DNA from: the human T2T-CHM13v2.0 reference genome, Homo sapiens
Length of the DNA: 64,000 bases
Direction: 5' to 3' (one strand)
Assembly (NCBI RefSeq): GCF_009914755.1
Contig: NC_060941.1
Numbering within the stretch: position 1 is the first letter of the stretch; each line of letters opens with the position of its first letter. Made by a program: the position numbers and the translations under genes. The notes under the pieces were generated by a model. It saw only the letters and a program-made list of their open reading frames with translations. It ran no database searches and was not told the DNA's origin. This document shows, piece after piece, positions 47,309-60,182 of the stretch.

Positions 47309-47598
47309 TTTTGTTTTGAGGCAGAGTCTCACTCTGTTGCCCAGGCTGGAGTGCAGTGGCGCAATCTCGGCTCTCTGCAAGCTCTGCCTCCCGGGTTCAT
47401 GCCATTCTCCTGCCTCAGCCTCCTGAGTAGCTGGGACTACAGGCATCTGCCACCACGCCAGGCTAATTTTTTGTATTTTTAGTAGAGACAGGGTTTCACT
47501 GTGTTAGCCAGGATGGTCTCCATCTCCTGACCTCATGATCCACCCACCTCGGCCTCCCAAAGTGCTGGGATTACAGGCGTGAGCCACTGCGCCTGGCC
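47309..47598 (-). mobile_element. AluY-like
   Basis: TSD TCAGATTGGTCTTT. Confidence 0.95.
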
Positions 47599-48919
47599 TC
47601 AGATTGGTCTTTAAATTAAACTTAATTCTAATGAAAACTCCAGCATGATTTGTAGCAATTGCCCAGCTGTCTCTAAAGGTCATATGAAAATGTAAAGGGC
47701 ATAGAATAGCCCAAAGAGCTTTGAAACAGAAGAACAAATTTGGAGGGGGATCACTATCTGATTTCAAGACTTATTACAAAACCGTGTAACAAAAGCTGTG
47801 TGTTTTGGCATCTAAATAGACAAACAGATCAAAAGAACAGAATCAAGAGACCAGAAATAGACCAGAAAGAAAAAAAGCTCGTCACTGGTCATTAGAGAAA
47901 TGCAAATCAAAACCACAATGAGATACCATCTCACACCAGTCAGAATGGTGATTATTAAAAAGTCATCATATGGACAACAGATTTTTGACAAAGACATAAA
48001 GGAAATTCAGTGGAGAATATACTCTTTTCAACAAATGATGCTGGCACAATGATTACCTACATGTAGAACAAACACACAAAACACATCAATCCATACCTCA
48101 CATCATATACAAAACTTAACTCAAAATGGATTATAGACCTAGATATAAAATAATTATAAAACTCTAGCAGAAAACATAGGAAAAAATCTTGTGACTTGGG
48201 CTTGGCAAAGATTTCTTAGATGCAAACACCAAAATATGTAAATTTTTTATACAACATTGATAAACTGGGCTTCAGCAAATAATTAAAAACTTCTGCTCTT
48301 TAAAAACACTATTAGGAAAATGGAAAGATAAGCTACAGACTGGCAAAAATTATTTGTAAATCTTATATCTAACAAAGGGCCTGAATCCAGGCTATAGAAA
48401 TAAATCTCAAAACGCAATAATAAGAAAAAAAATCAACCCAATTAAATAATGAGCAAGATATTTGAACATGGTTCACCAAAGATATACTGGTTGCAGATAA
48501 GAACATCAAAAAATGTTCTGTGTCATTAGTCATCCAGGGATGCACATTAAAACCACAGTGAGATACTACTGTATACCTTTTAGAAGGGCTACAATTGAAG
48601 ACTGACCAAATGATGGCAAGTTTGTGGAGGAACAGGAACTCCTACACACTGCTGGTAAGGATATCAAATGACGGAAAAAAGTCAAAACTTATAGCTGCCA
48701 AAGGACCCAGCCATTTTATTTCTAGGTATTTACCTAAGAGGAAAGGAAATATATGCCCCTACAAAGACTTGTACAAAAATGTTCCTAGCAGTTTTATTTG
48801 GAATAGCCCCAAACTGAAAACGATCTTAATGTCCATTAACAGATGAATTTGTGTTACTCATACAGTGAACTCATATACCCTGAGCAACTACTCAGAGTGA
48901 ACTATTGATACACTCAACA

Positions 48920-49107
48920 AATTTATTTTCAAATATTTTCAAAAATGTACAAGCAAAGAGATGAAATTAATTTCAAATATTCTGTATTTGAGTTGCATAT
49001 AAATTAATTATAAGAAAAGAAAGTTAAATATTCAGGTCTTCAGTCACACCAGCCACATTTTACAATAGCCACATGGTGCTAAGAGCTACTGTGTGAGACA
49101 ATGCAGA
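48920..49107. mobile_element. MER3/MER33-like hAT fragment
   Basis: cagtcacaccagccacattt...aatagccacatg motif. Confidence 0.6.
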
Positions 49108-49959
49108 TCTAGACCATTTGACAATACTCTAAAGTTTCTCTGTGATCAGTATTTATGCAAAACACGAAGGTCAACTAATTCCTTTAAATGCTTGCAACTC
49201 ACCTACAACAAATGACTGAAGGTTCCATATATAGCAGAAAAAGGGAGGCAGTCATCTCTTTTCTCCTCTCTGTGACTTAACACTTCATTTTTAGAAAGAG
49301 AGTGCAAGTGGCATTTTGGGAACAGCTGGGTGTGTTCAACTGGTCCTAGTTCTTTGTACTCATCCTTCCTTACCATTGGAAATCTCTAAAGCTCCCTGAG
49401 AAGAGTCATTTACTTTTGTAATGTCAAGTTCCCCCAGCTCAGTCTGAAGTGTGTCTCCCGTGTGTCCTGTGGGGTACCTTGCAGTCATAGAGTGGCCACC
49501 ACAACTCCTGTTCCCGCAAAAATTCCTCAACAGCTCTTCCTCCTGCAAACCCTGCTTTACTGTCTCCATTACAGACCTCTAGAGCTTCCTCCCACCCAAA
49601 TGGCAGATTATATAGAGGAGTATGGGAGAAAAGAGCAAGGTCGTTGAAAAAAAATACGAAATTTTATAACAGTAAACTTTTCTTTCGTGGAGTCAGGAGT
49701 AAGAGTGACTCTCTGGAGAAGTCCAATAAAGAGAGGCCAGTTTAAGGTCCTCAATCTAGCCCAGAACACATGGATCAAAATCTGAAACTTGGTATTGAGA
49801 ATTATACTAATTTCTTTAGTAAGCATTTGACAAGTAGTTATAGCATTATTATTGTTGTACACACACTTCTAGAAGATCTTTCCCTCTCCCTTTTCTCAAA
49901 TTAAAGAAAAAAAAATTTCTGGTGCCTTGAAATGGAGAAAAATCAGTGCCATTGGAGCC

Positions 49960-50134
49960 TTTGTCATGGGGGCCATCTCTGTAGACTCTGTTTTCTAGGA
50001 CTTTTTTTCGACAACTAAAATGAGATTTTGTGTCCACCCTGTCATCCTTCTCCATACCTTGTCGCTTCCCACTCCACCCACGAGGGTTTTGGGAAGAGGG
50101 GAACAGTATGGGCACTCCTCAGTTCCAACTGATC
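49960..50134 (-). pseudogene. Pseudo-exon segment: TIR C-terminus / box 3
   Basis: One frame reads EECPYCSPLPKTLVGGVGSDKVWRRMTGWTQNLILVVEKKS*KTESTEMA versus IL18R1 [37 protein letters not shown]. W-to-F (12) and F-to-M (8) spacings are preserved, and aag tcc tag aaa is two changes from K-F-W-K. Confidence 0.6.
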
Positions 50135-50363
50135 CTGGATGATAGAAATATGTTGCATGGCATAAAATGGGCAAAAGAAAAAGGGAGGGATGAGGGAATA
50201 ATTGAAAACTAGGACCTGTATTACCTATTTAACTCAAGCAAATTTCCAAACAACCAAACCCACACGCTCCTCTGGGGCTCCCTATTCCTTTCCAGTCACA
50301 ATTCCAGGATTACATTTATAGGATCCGGATGACTACCATGTTCTGGGCAGAGTCAATGCTTAC

Positions 50364-50496
50364 TCTCTTGTCAATTGAAAGTTTTGAACACTGCCCTTTC
50401 CTGCAGGAGTCTCTGATTCTTACTGCAGGGGATTGGAGTCAACATAATTAACCTTCTGCTTCCTAACAACCACTGAGATAATTTGATATGTGTCCC
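50364..50496 (-). pseudogene. Pseudo-exon: TIR domain exon 2 (SRRLI motif)
   Basis: Acceptor ttttttgtccctcaaattacag| at 50497-50499. Phase-1 reading GDTYQIISVVVRK, then a frameshift into SRRLIMLTPIPCSKNQRLLQERAVF, versus IL1RL1 DVVTAVETNIRKSRRHIFILTP...EQEVAL. Possible donor A|GTAAGC at 50358-50363. Confidence 0.72.
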
Positions 50497-51027
50497 CTGT
50501 AATTTGAGGGACAAAAAAAAGCAGGCTTCTAATTCACATCTGGACAAGCAAAATGCAGGATGCTGTGGCTGGCTGGTTGCTCTGATCACAGAGAGGTGAC
50601 TGTATGTGGAATGTCACATGGGCTTTCCATGAGCCAGACCTGTAGCTTTGGAAAGGAGCTTTGCCCAGTCCAATGTAGATGAGCAATTATTAGCTTGTGT
50701 GCTAGTAGAAATTTTGTTCAGAAATCATATGAAATTGCTGGTATGCAAAATGTAAATGAGCTAGTTACATACATACAGCACATATGCGGAGCACTCTTCT
50801 GGGCTCTAGAGTACATATATGAATCTGTTCCAATGTGGGGCATGGGGTGAAATCTAGCTGGTGATGTGGTGATGAGCCATTCTACATGGTGATGTGGGCT
50901 GTGTAGGAAGATGATGGGAATGCCACAGTGGCCTCAGTGATAACACAAAATTCTCAGTCCTTTATATATTTAGGTGGGTAATGTTGTAAAGCACTGAGTT
51001 ATAATTATTCAAATATATATTTTATAT

Positions 51028-51670
51028 TGCAGTGGTGAAGGGAAAGCTTCCCCTTTGCTCTTGGAAGGTTCACTGAAAAATGAACTAATAAAAAAGCAGA
51101 TTAAGAAGAGAAAAAGCATACAAATGTATTACTACCATGCACAGGGGAAGAATCACAGTGGTTGCCCAGTATCCCAGTGGGATATGGATGGTGATATACC
51201 CTACTTCTTAGGGGAAAGGGAGATGGGAAGTGTGGATGATTTTTGGGAGATTGTAAATGATTTATTTTTAGGGGAACTCAATGGGTTTGAAGAACATACA
51301 ACGGTCTTAGACAAAGTCTGTTAGGCCCACAGGGAAGAAAGTGGTTTGTGAAAAAAGTCTCTAGGTTTGTTAACAGACTTTAGTCTTCTTTCTTATGATA
51401 TGGGTTCAGTTCACGAAAACTCAGGAAAGACAAGTGGTAATTGTTTTGTACTCTGGTAGGTCTGGACTTTAGGCAGATACTTCAGAGAACAGCTTCATCC
51501 TGTGCTTCAGGAGAGGTTAAGGACTGACAGCAAGGGAGGGAGGAAAAACAATGTTCTCCTTGGTGGATCTGCCCAGTCTTTATGCAGATAGGGGAAAAGT
51601 CTCTTCCAGCATCTACTGATCTCTAAAGGCCTGTAATTCAAAATACGCATTATACCTTGCTCCTTTGATA
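51028..51670 (-). mobile_element. ERV1 solo LTR (MER34/LTR49-like) within a pseudogene intron
   Basis: gaaggttcactgaaaa...gcagatta...gcatacaaat antisense LTR motifs. Confidence 0.7.
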
Positions 51671-52061
51671 TCCTAGCTCCTGATCCATTAATGGATCAGA
51701 AAACAAAGAAAATACATCCAGAAGATGTTGGCACTTCATCAAAGGGCAACAAAAGAAAATGCGTTTTTGGAAATAATATAGTTAAACTCCAGGAGCATTA
51801 TGAAATCTGTATAGGTCTTGTCCAAGACATTCTGTACAGATGATCTTTTACTATAACAATAAATATTCTTGGAAACCTTATTTTGTTGGATAAATAGACT
51901 GTGGGCAAAATTCAAACATTGCTCATTACTTAATCAAAGCCTATATTCATATGACCCCTTAATTACCCTGATACATTCCCAAGAGTCTAAATTACCTTCT
52001 CCAACAAGGTTGTAAACTTCCTAAAGGAAGATCTGTCCCTGTCATTTTTGTTGTCTTTCTT

Positions 52062-52353
<292 letters not shown>

Positions 52354-52878
52354 TGTTGTCTTTCTTAGGGTCTTTATTTGCACAGTGAATATAAACATTA
52401 GTTTATAATTAATTTCACTGTTCCCTCTGCTCAACCCTAGTCAATTATGTTTTAATGATGCCACATTGTATAGCCCGTATGAAACGATATTATGATATTT
52501 CTATAGTGTCTGAAGTATTAACAGTTGCCTGTGTGTCCTACAGTTTTCGGCAAGCTGCAGGGGTGAAGGGGAGATGGTAGGAATGAGGAAGAGAATTGAA
52601 GGACTTCAAATGAAAAACTCTAAGTCCCCAAAGACAAACAGGGCCTAATAAACACAACAGTAACAATAATACCTAACACATATTAGGTGCTTACTATTTG
52701 CCAGCATTATGTCACTTAGCACTCACCTCTGTGATATAGATACTATTATTATCTTGGAAAGTTCAAATAACATCCCACAGTCAGTGAAAAAGCTGGATTT
52801 GAATGCAAGATGCCTGAACCCCATGCTCTTAACTTCCACCTCACACAGGGCTGGCCGCCTCTTGAGGCTTATACAGCC

Positions 52879-53179
52879 TTTTTTTTTTTTTTTTTTTTTT
52901 TGACAGAGTCTTGCTCTGTCACCCAGGCTGGAGTCCAGTGGCGTGATCTTGGCTCACTGCAACCTCTGCCTCCCGGGTTCAAGTGATTCTTCTGCCTCAG
53001 CCTCCTGAGTAGCTGGGACTACAGGTTCATGCCACCACGCCTGGCTAATTTTTGTATTTTTAGTAGAGACGAGGTTTCACCATATTGGCCAGGCTGATCT
53101 CGAACTCCTGACCTCGTGATCCACCCTCCTTGGCCTCCTGAAGTGCTGGGATTACAGGTGTGAGCCACCATGCCTGGGC
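52879..53179 (-). mobile_element. AluS
   Basis: Antisense dimer with poly-T. Confidence 0.95.
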
Positions 53180-54357
53180 TACATGGCTTTTTTAATGACA
53201 AGTTAGAGCAAGCTAACTTCCTAGTCAATTCAAGAATGAAAAAACAACAACAAATAAACACCATTGTTTGGCATTGTGGAGACAATGATGGGATTGAATT
53301 TATGAACTCTAGGCGTTCTTCTTCCCCTAATCCAGAGAAATCACTACAAGGCCACTTTCATTTCTTTCCCTAAAGAGGGACCACCTAAAACGCTCTGCCC
53401 CTGAGGGCACGAGATAAAGTCCATGGTGGGACTTTAGTGCTGAGCCTTGCAAAGGATCGATCTCACGCTTCACTTTTCTCATCGGTGGCTTCATCTGAAG
53501 CAGCATGATGGTTAAGAAGGCTTCGGGTGAAAATGACTCAAAGTAACAAACCAGACACCCATTTAAAGCTTCCCAGTGTGTTAAAAGCATGTCTCTTCAC
53601 TGCAAGACAAATACTGTGGGATCAACAAGCCCTGGAGACAGATGGAAGAAATTCCAAACAGCCTCAGGTGGTTCGTAGTCAGCTAGCCAGCCACCAAAGC
53701 CAGTGGCTCACCCCTGGGAGCCTCCTGCCCTGGGGTCTACACGTAGAAATAGTCATTTGATTCATCTCATTGACCATTTAAAAAGTATATTTTGCTTAGT
53801 GCACAAGTACAGCTAGGAGTGAAAAAAATTATGAAAATGAATTCTATTCAAAATTTTTAGTTTGTGGGTTTGAAGTTAGGTAAGAGGAACAAGAGAGCCA
53901 ATCGTTCTATTACCCAAGCAGGGGCTCCCCCTGCTGGAAATCTATTTTGAAACCCATAAATTGTTAATGATGCCTTCTTGAATTACCTATATGGCAGTGG
54001 AACAAGAAAAGCGCCAGTAATTTAAATATTTAAGGCTGATATCATCTATCTACATAGGTAATGAAAGTGTTTCCTATACTTCTAGAGTTCAAATAAATAA
54101 AACAAGATTCACCTGCTTTAGGATGAATAGAATGAATACAGAATGGTGTTATAAATTTTAGGAAAATGCACCAGAAAATGATTTTTGTGTTGTTGCTGTT
54201 GTTATTCTTAATTTGGCAGAGCAATAGAATTATCCTGGAAAATATCTAATGGAACCCAAAAGAGTAAGAGGGTAAAAGGGATGATTTTGTACTCAACATC
54301 CTGATAGACAATTAGGAAAAGTTTTTCAGCTGCAGTCTATCTGAGATATAGACTCAC

Positions 54358-54543
54358 CTTGTATTTCTCAGAGACTTAGGTCCTAACCATGTAAGCATCT
54401 CAAGATGATCGTCGTAACTCCCCAACTCTTAAACCTACTGGCCCAAACAAGAGGAATCAACATGTTGAAGATTGTATATCCTATATCTGTGATGCAGTAA
54501 TACAGCTTAGGCATTTAAAAATCTTATGTTACCTTGGCTCCAT
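54358..54543 (-). pseudogene. Pseudo-exon: TIR domain exon 1 (box 1 to box 2)
   Basis: Acceptor (CT)n...tttcag| at 54544-54546 and donor AAG|GTGAGT at 54352-54357; 186 nt, phase 1-1. Reads DGAKVT*DF*MPKLYYCITDIGYTIFNMLIPLVWASRFKSWGVTTIILRCLHG*DLSL*EIQ versus IL1R1 DGKTYDAYILYPK...IFVFKVLPEVLEKQCGYKLFIYGRDDYVGE. The stops fall on conserved Y, Y, R and G codons. Confidence 0.75.
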
Positions 54544-54559
54544 CTGAAATTTTTTTTAA

Positions 54560-54594
54560 AGAGAGAAGGAGAGAGAGAGAGAGAGAGAGAGAGA
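54560..54594. repeat. (GA)n microsatellite; polypyrimidine tract of the TIR-1 pseudo-exon on the minus strand
   Basis: Visible run just upstream of the acceptor at 54544-54546. Confidence 0.85.
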
Positions 54595-54670
54595 ACCAGT
54601 ATAAATTCCAAACAGTATCATTTGAAATTCTAAACATGTAGATTTAAATTTTGGAATGCGCAGACTAGAC

Positions 54671-54846
54671 TGTGAGTGATACGGTCTAAAAGGCATTATC
54701 AACTATGTCAAATCAATAAATCAATCATGAATTCTCTTGCAATTCACAACAGCCCCTCGCAAAAGAGTGCAACGATGTGAACACTGCCAAATGTATAGAA
54801 ATGACTCTTCCTATAGAGTGGCCAACAAGACAAACTGACATTTTCT
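54671..54846 (-). pseudogene. Pseudo-exon: transmembrane / juxtamembrane exon
   Basis: Acceptor tacag| at 54847-54849, phase 1. Reads KMSVCLVGHSIGRVISIHLAVF /frameshift/ IVALFCEGLL*IAREFMIDLLI*HS**C versus IL18R1 GHVFTRGMIIAVLILVAVVC...YRVDLVLFY and IL1R1 IFKIDIVLWYRDSC. Donor is weak. Confidence 0.65.
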
Positions 54847-54891
54847 CTGTACTAATAAAGATTGAGTTCATAGCACATTTCCTCTCTCTTC

Positions 54892-54893
<2 letters not shown>

Positions 54894-54926
<33 letters not shown>
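54894..54926. repeat. (CA)n microsatellite
   Basis: Visible run. Confidence 0.92.
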
Positions 54927-54929
<3 letters not shown>

Positions 54930-55108
54930 GACAACACTCATGCTGTCTAACCAGCTGAGACTGCATTTCTCACTTTGAACATCAAAGTGATAAATCAAGA
55001 TTCAATTCAACATCATTTGCTGAGTGCCTTCTGTGGACTCCGTGGGAGATTTGTAACAATCTAAAAGATTATAAGAGAGAAGAGCATATGATATGTCTAC
55101 AAATAAAC

Positions 55109-55232
55109 TTTTGAGTGTGAGTTAAGAAGAGTATTCATTTTTACACTGAACTGGAGATCCATGACTCTATTAACACCTTGATTCTGATATAATTCAATTT
55201 ATAGAAGTGATCTTCCTCACAGAGAATATAGT
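55109..55232 (-). pseudogene. Candidate pseudo-exon: second half of Ig domain 3
   Basis: Acceptor tttgaacag| at 55233-55235. Frameshifted fragments IEL, IKV, MDLQF and QCKNEYSS*LTLKK resemble the L-x-I-x2-V..F-x-C..N..L end of IL-1R Ig3. Confidence 0.35.
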
Positions 55233-55582
55233 CTGTTCAAAGTTGGATCCACTAAACCTACTGTGGTATTGTAGATAATCAACAACAATGTTCTGAGTTA
55301 AGTTGAAATGAGAATTTTATCAAAATACTGTTTTATAGCTAGCTTTTATCATTTTATAATGTGATATGTAATGCAATGTATTGTGATTATATTTCCATTT
55401 TGATAAATATTCTGATACAACAACATTTCTAATAGCTGCTGGCATTTCATTTTAAGGATGCATCATCATTTACTTAAATACTATTTTATTATTGTTTCCA
55501 AGTTTTCCTGTTATAAACAAATCTGAAATGAACGTCTTTGAAGACGCTAAATCTTTGCACATGGCCTTGACTATTCCCTTAG

Positions 55583-55921
<339 letters not shown>

Positions 55922-56197
55922 TAATTTTGATACATATTCACAAATATTTCCCCAGAGAGGATGTATCAACTTATGATCATATACTAATGTTTCTTTTCCC
56001 ATTTAGTAGACAAAGAATCTTATTTTAATTTGTAATTTTTGATTCATGTTTGGCACCTTTTCTAATTCTTCATTTGCAAATTGACTGGTTACGTTCATCC
56101 ATTTTTCTACCAGTATTTGCATTATTTCTTACTGATTGGCAACAAGTTTTTATATTCAGTATTGTAACACATTGATACATGTGTTAAAAAACATTTT

Positions 56198-56328
56198 TTA
56201 CTCTCAAGAATAGAGACTGAGTCTTGCTGTGTTGCCGAGGCTGATCTCAAATGCCTGGCCTCAAACTATCCTCCCACCTTGGCCTCCCAAAGTGTTGGGA
56301 TTACAGGCGTGAGCCACCACACCCAGCC
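56198..56328 (-). mobile_element. Alu monomer (FLAM-like)
   Basis: Single left monomer, TSD aaacatttt. Confidence 0.8.
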
Positions 56329-56399
56329 AGAAACATTTTCTCATTCATTTATTCATGACACAAATATTTATTAAAGATATATATCAAGTTCCATAGGCA

Positions 56400-56491
56400 A
56401 CACGGGGAAAAAATAAGGTAACCGAAAAGAACAAAATACAGTTGCCTTAAGCTCCTGAGCTGCCACACTGAACACCAAGAAGTAATATCTT
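56400..56491 (-). pseudogene. Candidate pseudo-exon: first half of Ig domain 3
   Basis: After ttag| (56492-56494), phase 1 reads EDITSWCSVWQLRSLRQLYFVLFG, compare IL18R1 GKNVRLNCSALLNEEDVIYWMFG. 3' boundary not defined. Confidence 0.3.
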
Positions 56492-56584
56492 CTAACATTT
56501 TGTGGAGAAAATGTGTGAACTAAGCATTTTATTTCCAACCGATTCAGGTATTCAGTTAACAGAAGGACATTTTCAGTTATTCAC

Positions 56585-56646
56585 AATTTCAAAAATATTA
56601 CATCCATATTTTCTTGACTAATTAGCTGAAGATGTCCTCCAACAAA
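56585..56646 (-). pseudogene. Candidate pseudo-exon: short Ig2-Ig3 linker exon
   Basis: ttttttag| acceptor, 62 nt, then |gtgaat. Reads HLQLISQENMDVIFLK(L); two single-base reversions give HPQLISPENMDVIFLKL, matching the family P-x-I-x2-P-x-N...L-G linker. Confidence 0.45.
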
Positions 56647-56808
56647 CTAAAAAATGAAGCCCAATTAAGGATTAAAGAATGAAGATGACATGGCATAAAA
56701 TACTGGACCAGCTCCAGAAGCCAGTGATAGTAAAATATTTGCTGAGACAGATACAAAACTACAAAAGTGATTGTTAATGATACAACCTATTTCCAAGTTA
56801 TGCGTATG

Positions 56809-57285
56809 TGATAGGATACAGGAAATGCTATCCCTAAATATGGCATCTTGTCATACTGAATATTTTAAGCTGAAGAAAATTGAGAAAACCACAGAAGCGG
56901 CAAAGTCTCTCTGACCTTCTCTCCTGAAGACCCTTAAGTGACAAATGTCCTGCCCTATGTCTGCAGGGAAGGAATGTTACACAGAGAGGCCAAGAAGCAT
57001 CTGAACAAACAGGCTTGCTAAGTTCCCCCAAGCTTATTACTACTAGGTCACATCCGCTTTTTGTCCAATCATACACTATCTATCCATTCTTCACAAAACC
57101 TAAGCATAAAAACACAGTTTTTCCTGGGTCTTTGGGTCTTCATTTCTGAAGGCTCCTGTGTCATGTAAAACTTTGGTAAAATAAATTTGTTATGCTTTTC
57201 TCTTGTTAGTCTGTCTTTGTTATAGGAGTGTCAGCCATAAACCTTGTGATGAATGAGGAAAATATATTACCTTTTCTTCCCAAAT
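56809..57285 (+). mobile_element. ERV1 solo LTR (MER34/39/93 group)
   Basis: TGatagg...aaatatggcatcttg...gaatattttaagctgaag; same group as 18158-18701. Confidence 0.8.
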
Positions 57286-57318
57286 GCAATAATATGAATT
57301 TTAAGAATCTAGTTCACC

Positions 57319-57676
<358 letters not shown>

Positions 57677-57895
57677 TGAATAAAGGGAAAAGAGGTGAGA
57701 AGACAGGAAAAGTTTATGACACTTTTCTATTTCATAGAAGTCTAAAAATTAAATAAATATGGGTTCAACAGCATTTAAAAATGCAATAACATAAAAAAAC
57801 CAAGATATATGTCCTCCAAAACACTGAAAAAGAGATCACAGTAAAGGATACATAATTCATGCCCAAAGAGGGGATGTTAAAAGTAAAGGCATGCA

Positions 57896-58293
<398 letters not shown>

Positions 58294-59030
58294 TTAGGAC
58301 AAATAGGGCCATGTTACATTCTCAATTCAGACCAGGATAATTCAGACAGGGCTATAACCATAAAAATTCTTTATGCATAACTATCATAGTATCAATACTA
58401 ATGAAGCAAGGAATTATTAGAATTCAAAGGAAGATTTGGCAAAGAATAATAAACTGAATATTCAAAGCAGGAAGGGAAAAGCAAGAAAAATAAAAGTGCT
58501 AATGAATTACAAAGACATACATGAAATTGATAAATATAATACTTTTTAATAAATTAAGAGAGAAAACCACTACCAAGACTAATCAAGAAAAAGAGAAAAC
58601 ACAAACGTGCAAAATTACAAACAAGAACATTGGTACAGGAGATTTAGAAGAACTGTCAGAAAAGCATATATAACTTTATGAAAACAAAATAGAAAATCTG
58701 AATAAAATGTACCATTTCCTAAAAAATATCTAAATTATCAAAATAAATTAGGAGTTCAAATGCTTAAATAGGACACAAATCGTGGGACAAAAGTTTGAGA
58801 AAGGTATCAAATTGACATCCTTTAGTTGATAGGATAGTTATCCGAGAGCCAAGAAGTTTCCACTGCTAAGTTCTATGAAATCATCAAGAAAACCAATAAG
58901 ACCAATGTTACCTAAGCCCCTTAATCACACATACAAATGTGCACTTGTGTCATGTGACACCCTTAACATAACCCTAAAATTAAAACTCATTAAAGATAGA
59001 ACACATAAAAATTTAAAAATCAATCTCATT

Positions 59031-59352
<322 letters not shown>

Positions 59353-59885
59353 TTATGAACACCAAAAAAGCCATAATAAAATGCTAGCAAAAAAAGTCAA
59401 CGTATTAAAAGAACGATGCACCAATAAGAAGGGGACTTTATTTCATTAACAAACCATTCAATGTTTAAAAAACTATTAATAGGATTTACCACAGTAATTG
59501 CTTAAAGGCAGAAAAATAAAACAGTCTTCCTGATAAAATCTGAAAAGATGGTAACATTTAATATAAATTATCGGTTAAAATCCCTGTTGAGAATCAAGAA
59601 ATATTAGCACTAGCATTGCCATTAAATTCAGAAAAAGAGAAAGAAAACGATGTTCATTATCACATCTATTATTTGGCATGCTTTGGAAGGCAATAAAGAA
59701 AATTAAGAACTTTTAGGAAAGGCAGAAGAGGCATATTATCTCTTTTTTTTCTGCTTTTGCTCATGCTGTGATTATTTACTAACGTGAAAAGCTAAAATAA
59801 TTAATTGGAAAAATATTAGGGAAACTCAAAAACACAGTTCAGTAAGGGAACCAAGTATACAACTGGTTTAGAAAATTCAACTGGT

Positions 59886-60182
59886 GACCAGGCACGGTGA
59901 CTCATGCCTGTAATCCCAGCACTTTGGGAGGCTGAGGGTGGTGGATCACCTGACGTCAAGAGTTTGAGATCAACCTGGCCAACATGGTGAAACCCCATCT
60001 CTACTAAAAATACAAAAATTAGCTGGGCGTGGTGGTGGGCACCTGCAATCCCAGCTAACTCAGGAGGCTGAGGCAGGAGAATTGCTTGAATCCAGGAGGC
60101 AGAGGTTGCAGCGAGTGGAGATCAGGCCCCTGCACTCCAGCCTGGGTGACAGAGTGAGACTCCATCTCAAAAAAAATTTAAA
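59886..60182 (+). mobile_element. AluS (Sx-like)
   Basis: TSD aaaa(t/c)tcaactggt. Confidence 0.94.

Larger units (their letters stand above)
37695..48900 (+). mobile_element. Old L1M ORF2/3' end (host of nested insertions; own sequence 37695-38224 and 47003-48900)
   Basis: Diverged ORF2 RT region continues seamlessly across the 15-bp TSD of the inner L1. Confidence 0.85.

Noticed and set aside
49360-49569. 69-aa minus-strand ORF with a GTAAG donor just downstream of the TIR remnant
   Set aside because: No recognisable homology; could be tail or UTR of the fossil gene but unsupported.
53250-53370. Minus-strand peptide [10 protein letters not shown] resembling IL1RAPL1 TGEEERF
   Set aside because: It lies between TIR exons 1 and 2, out of collinear order, with no further similarity; probably chance.
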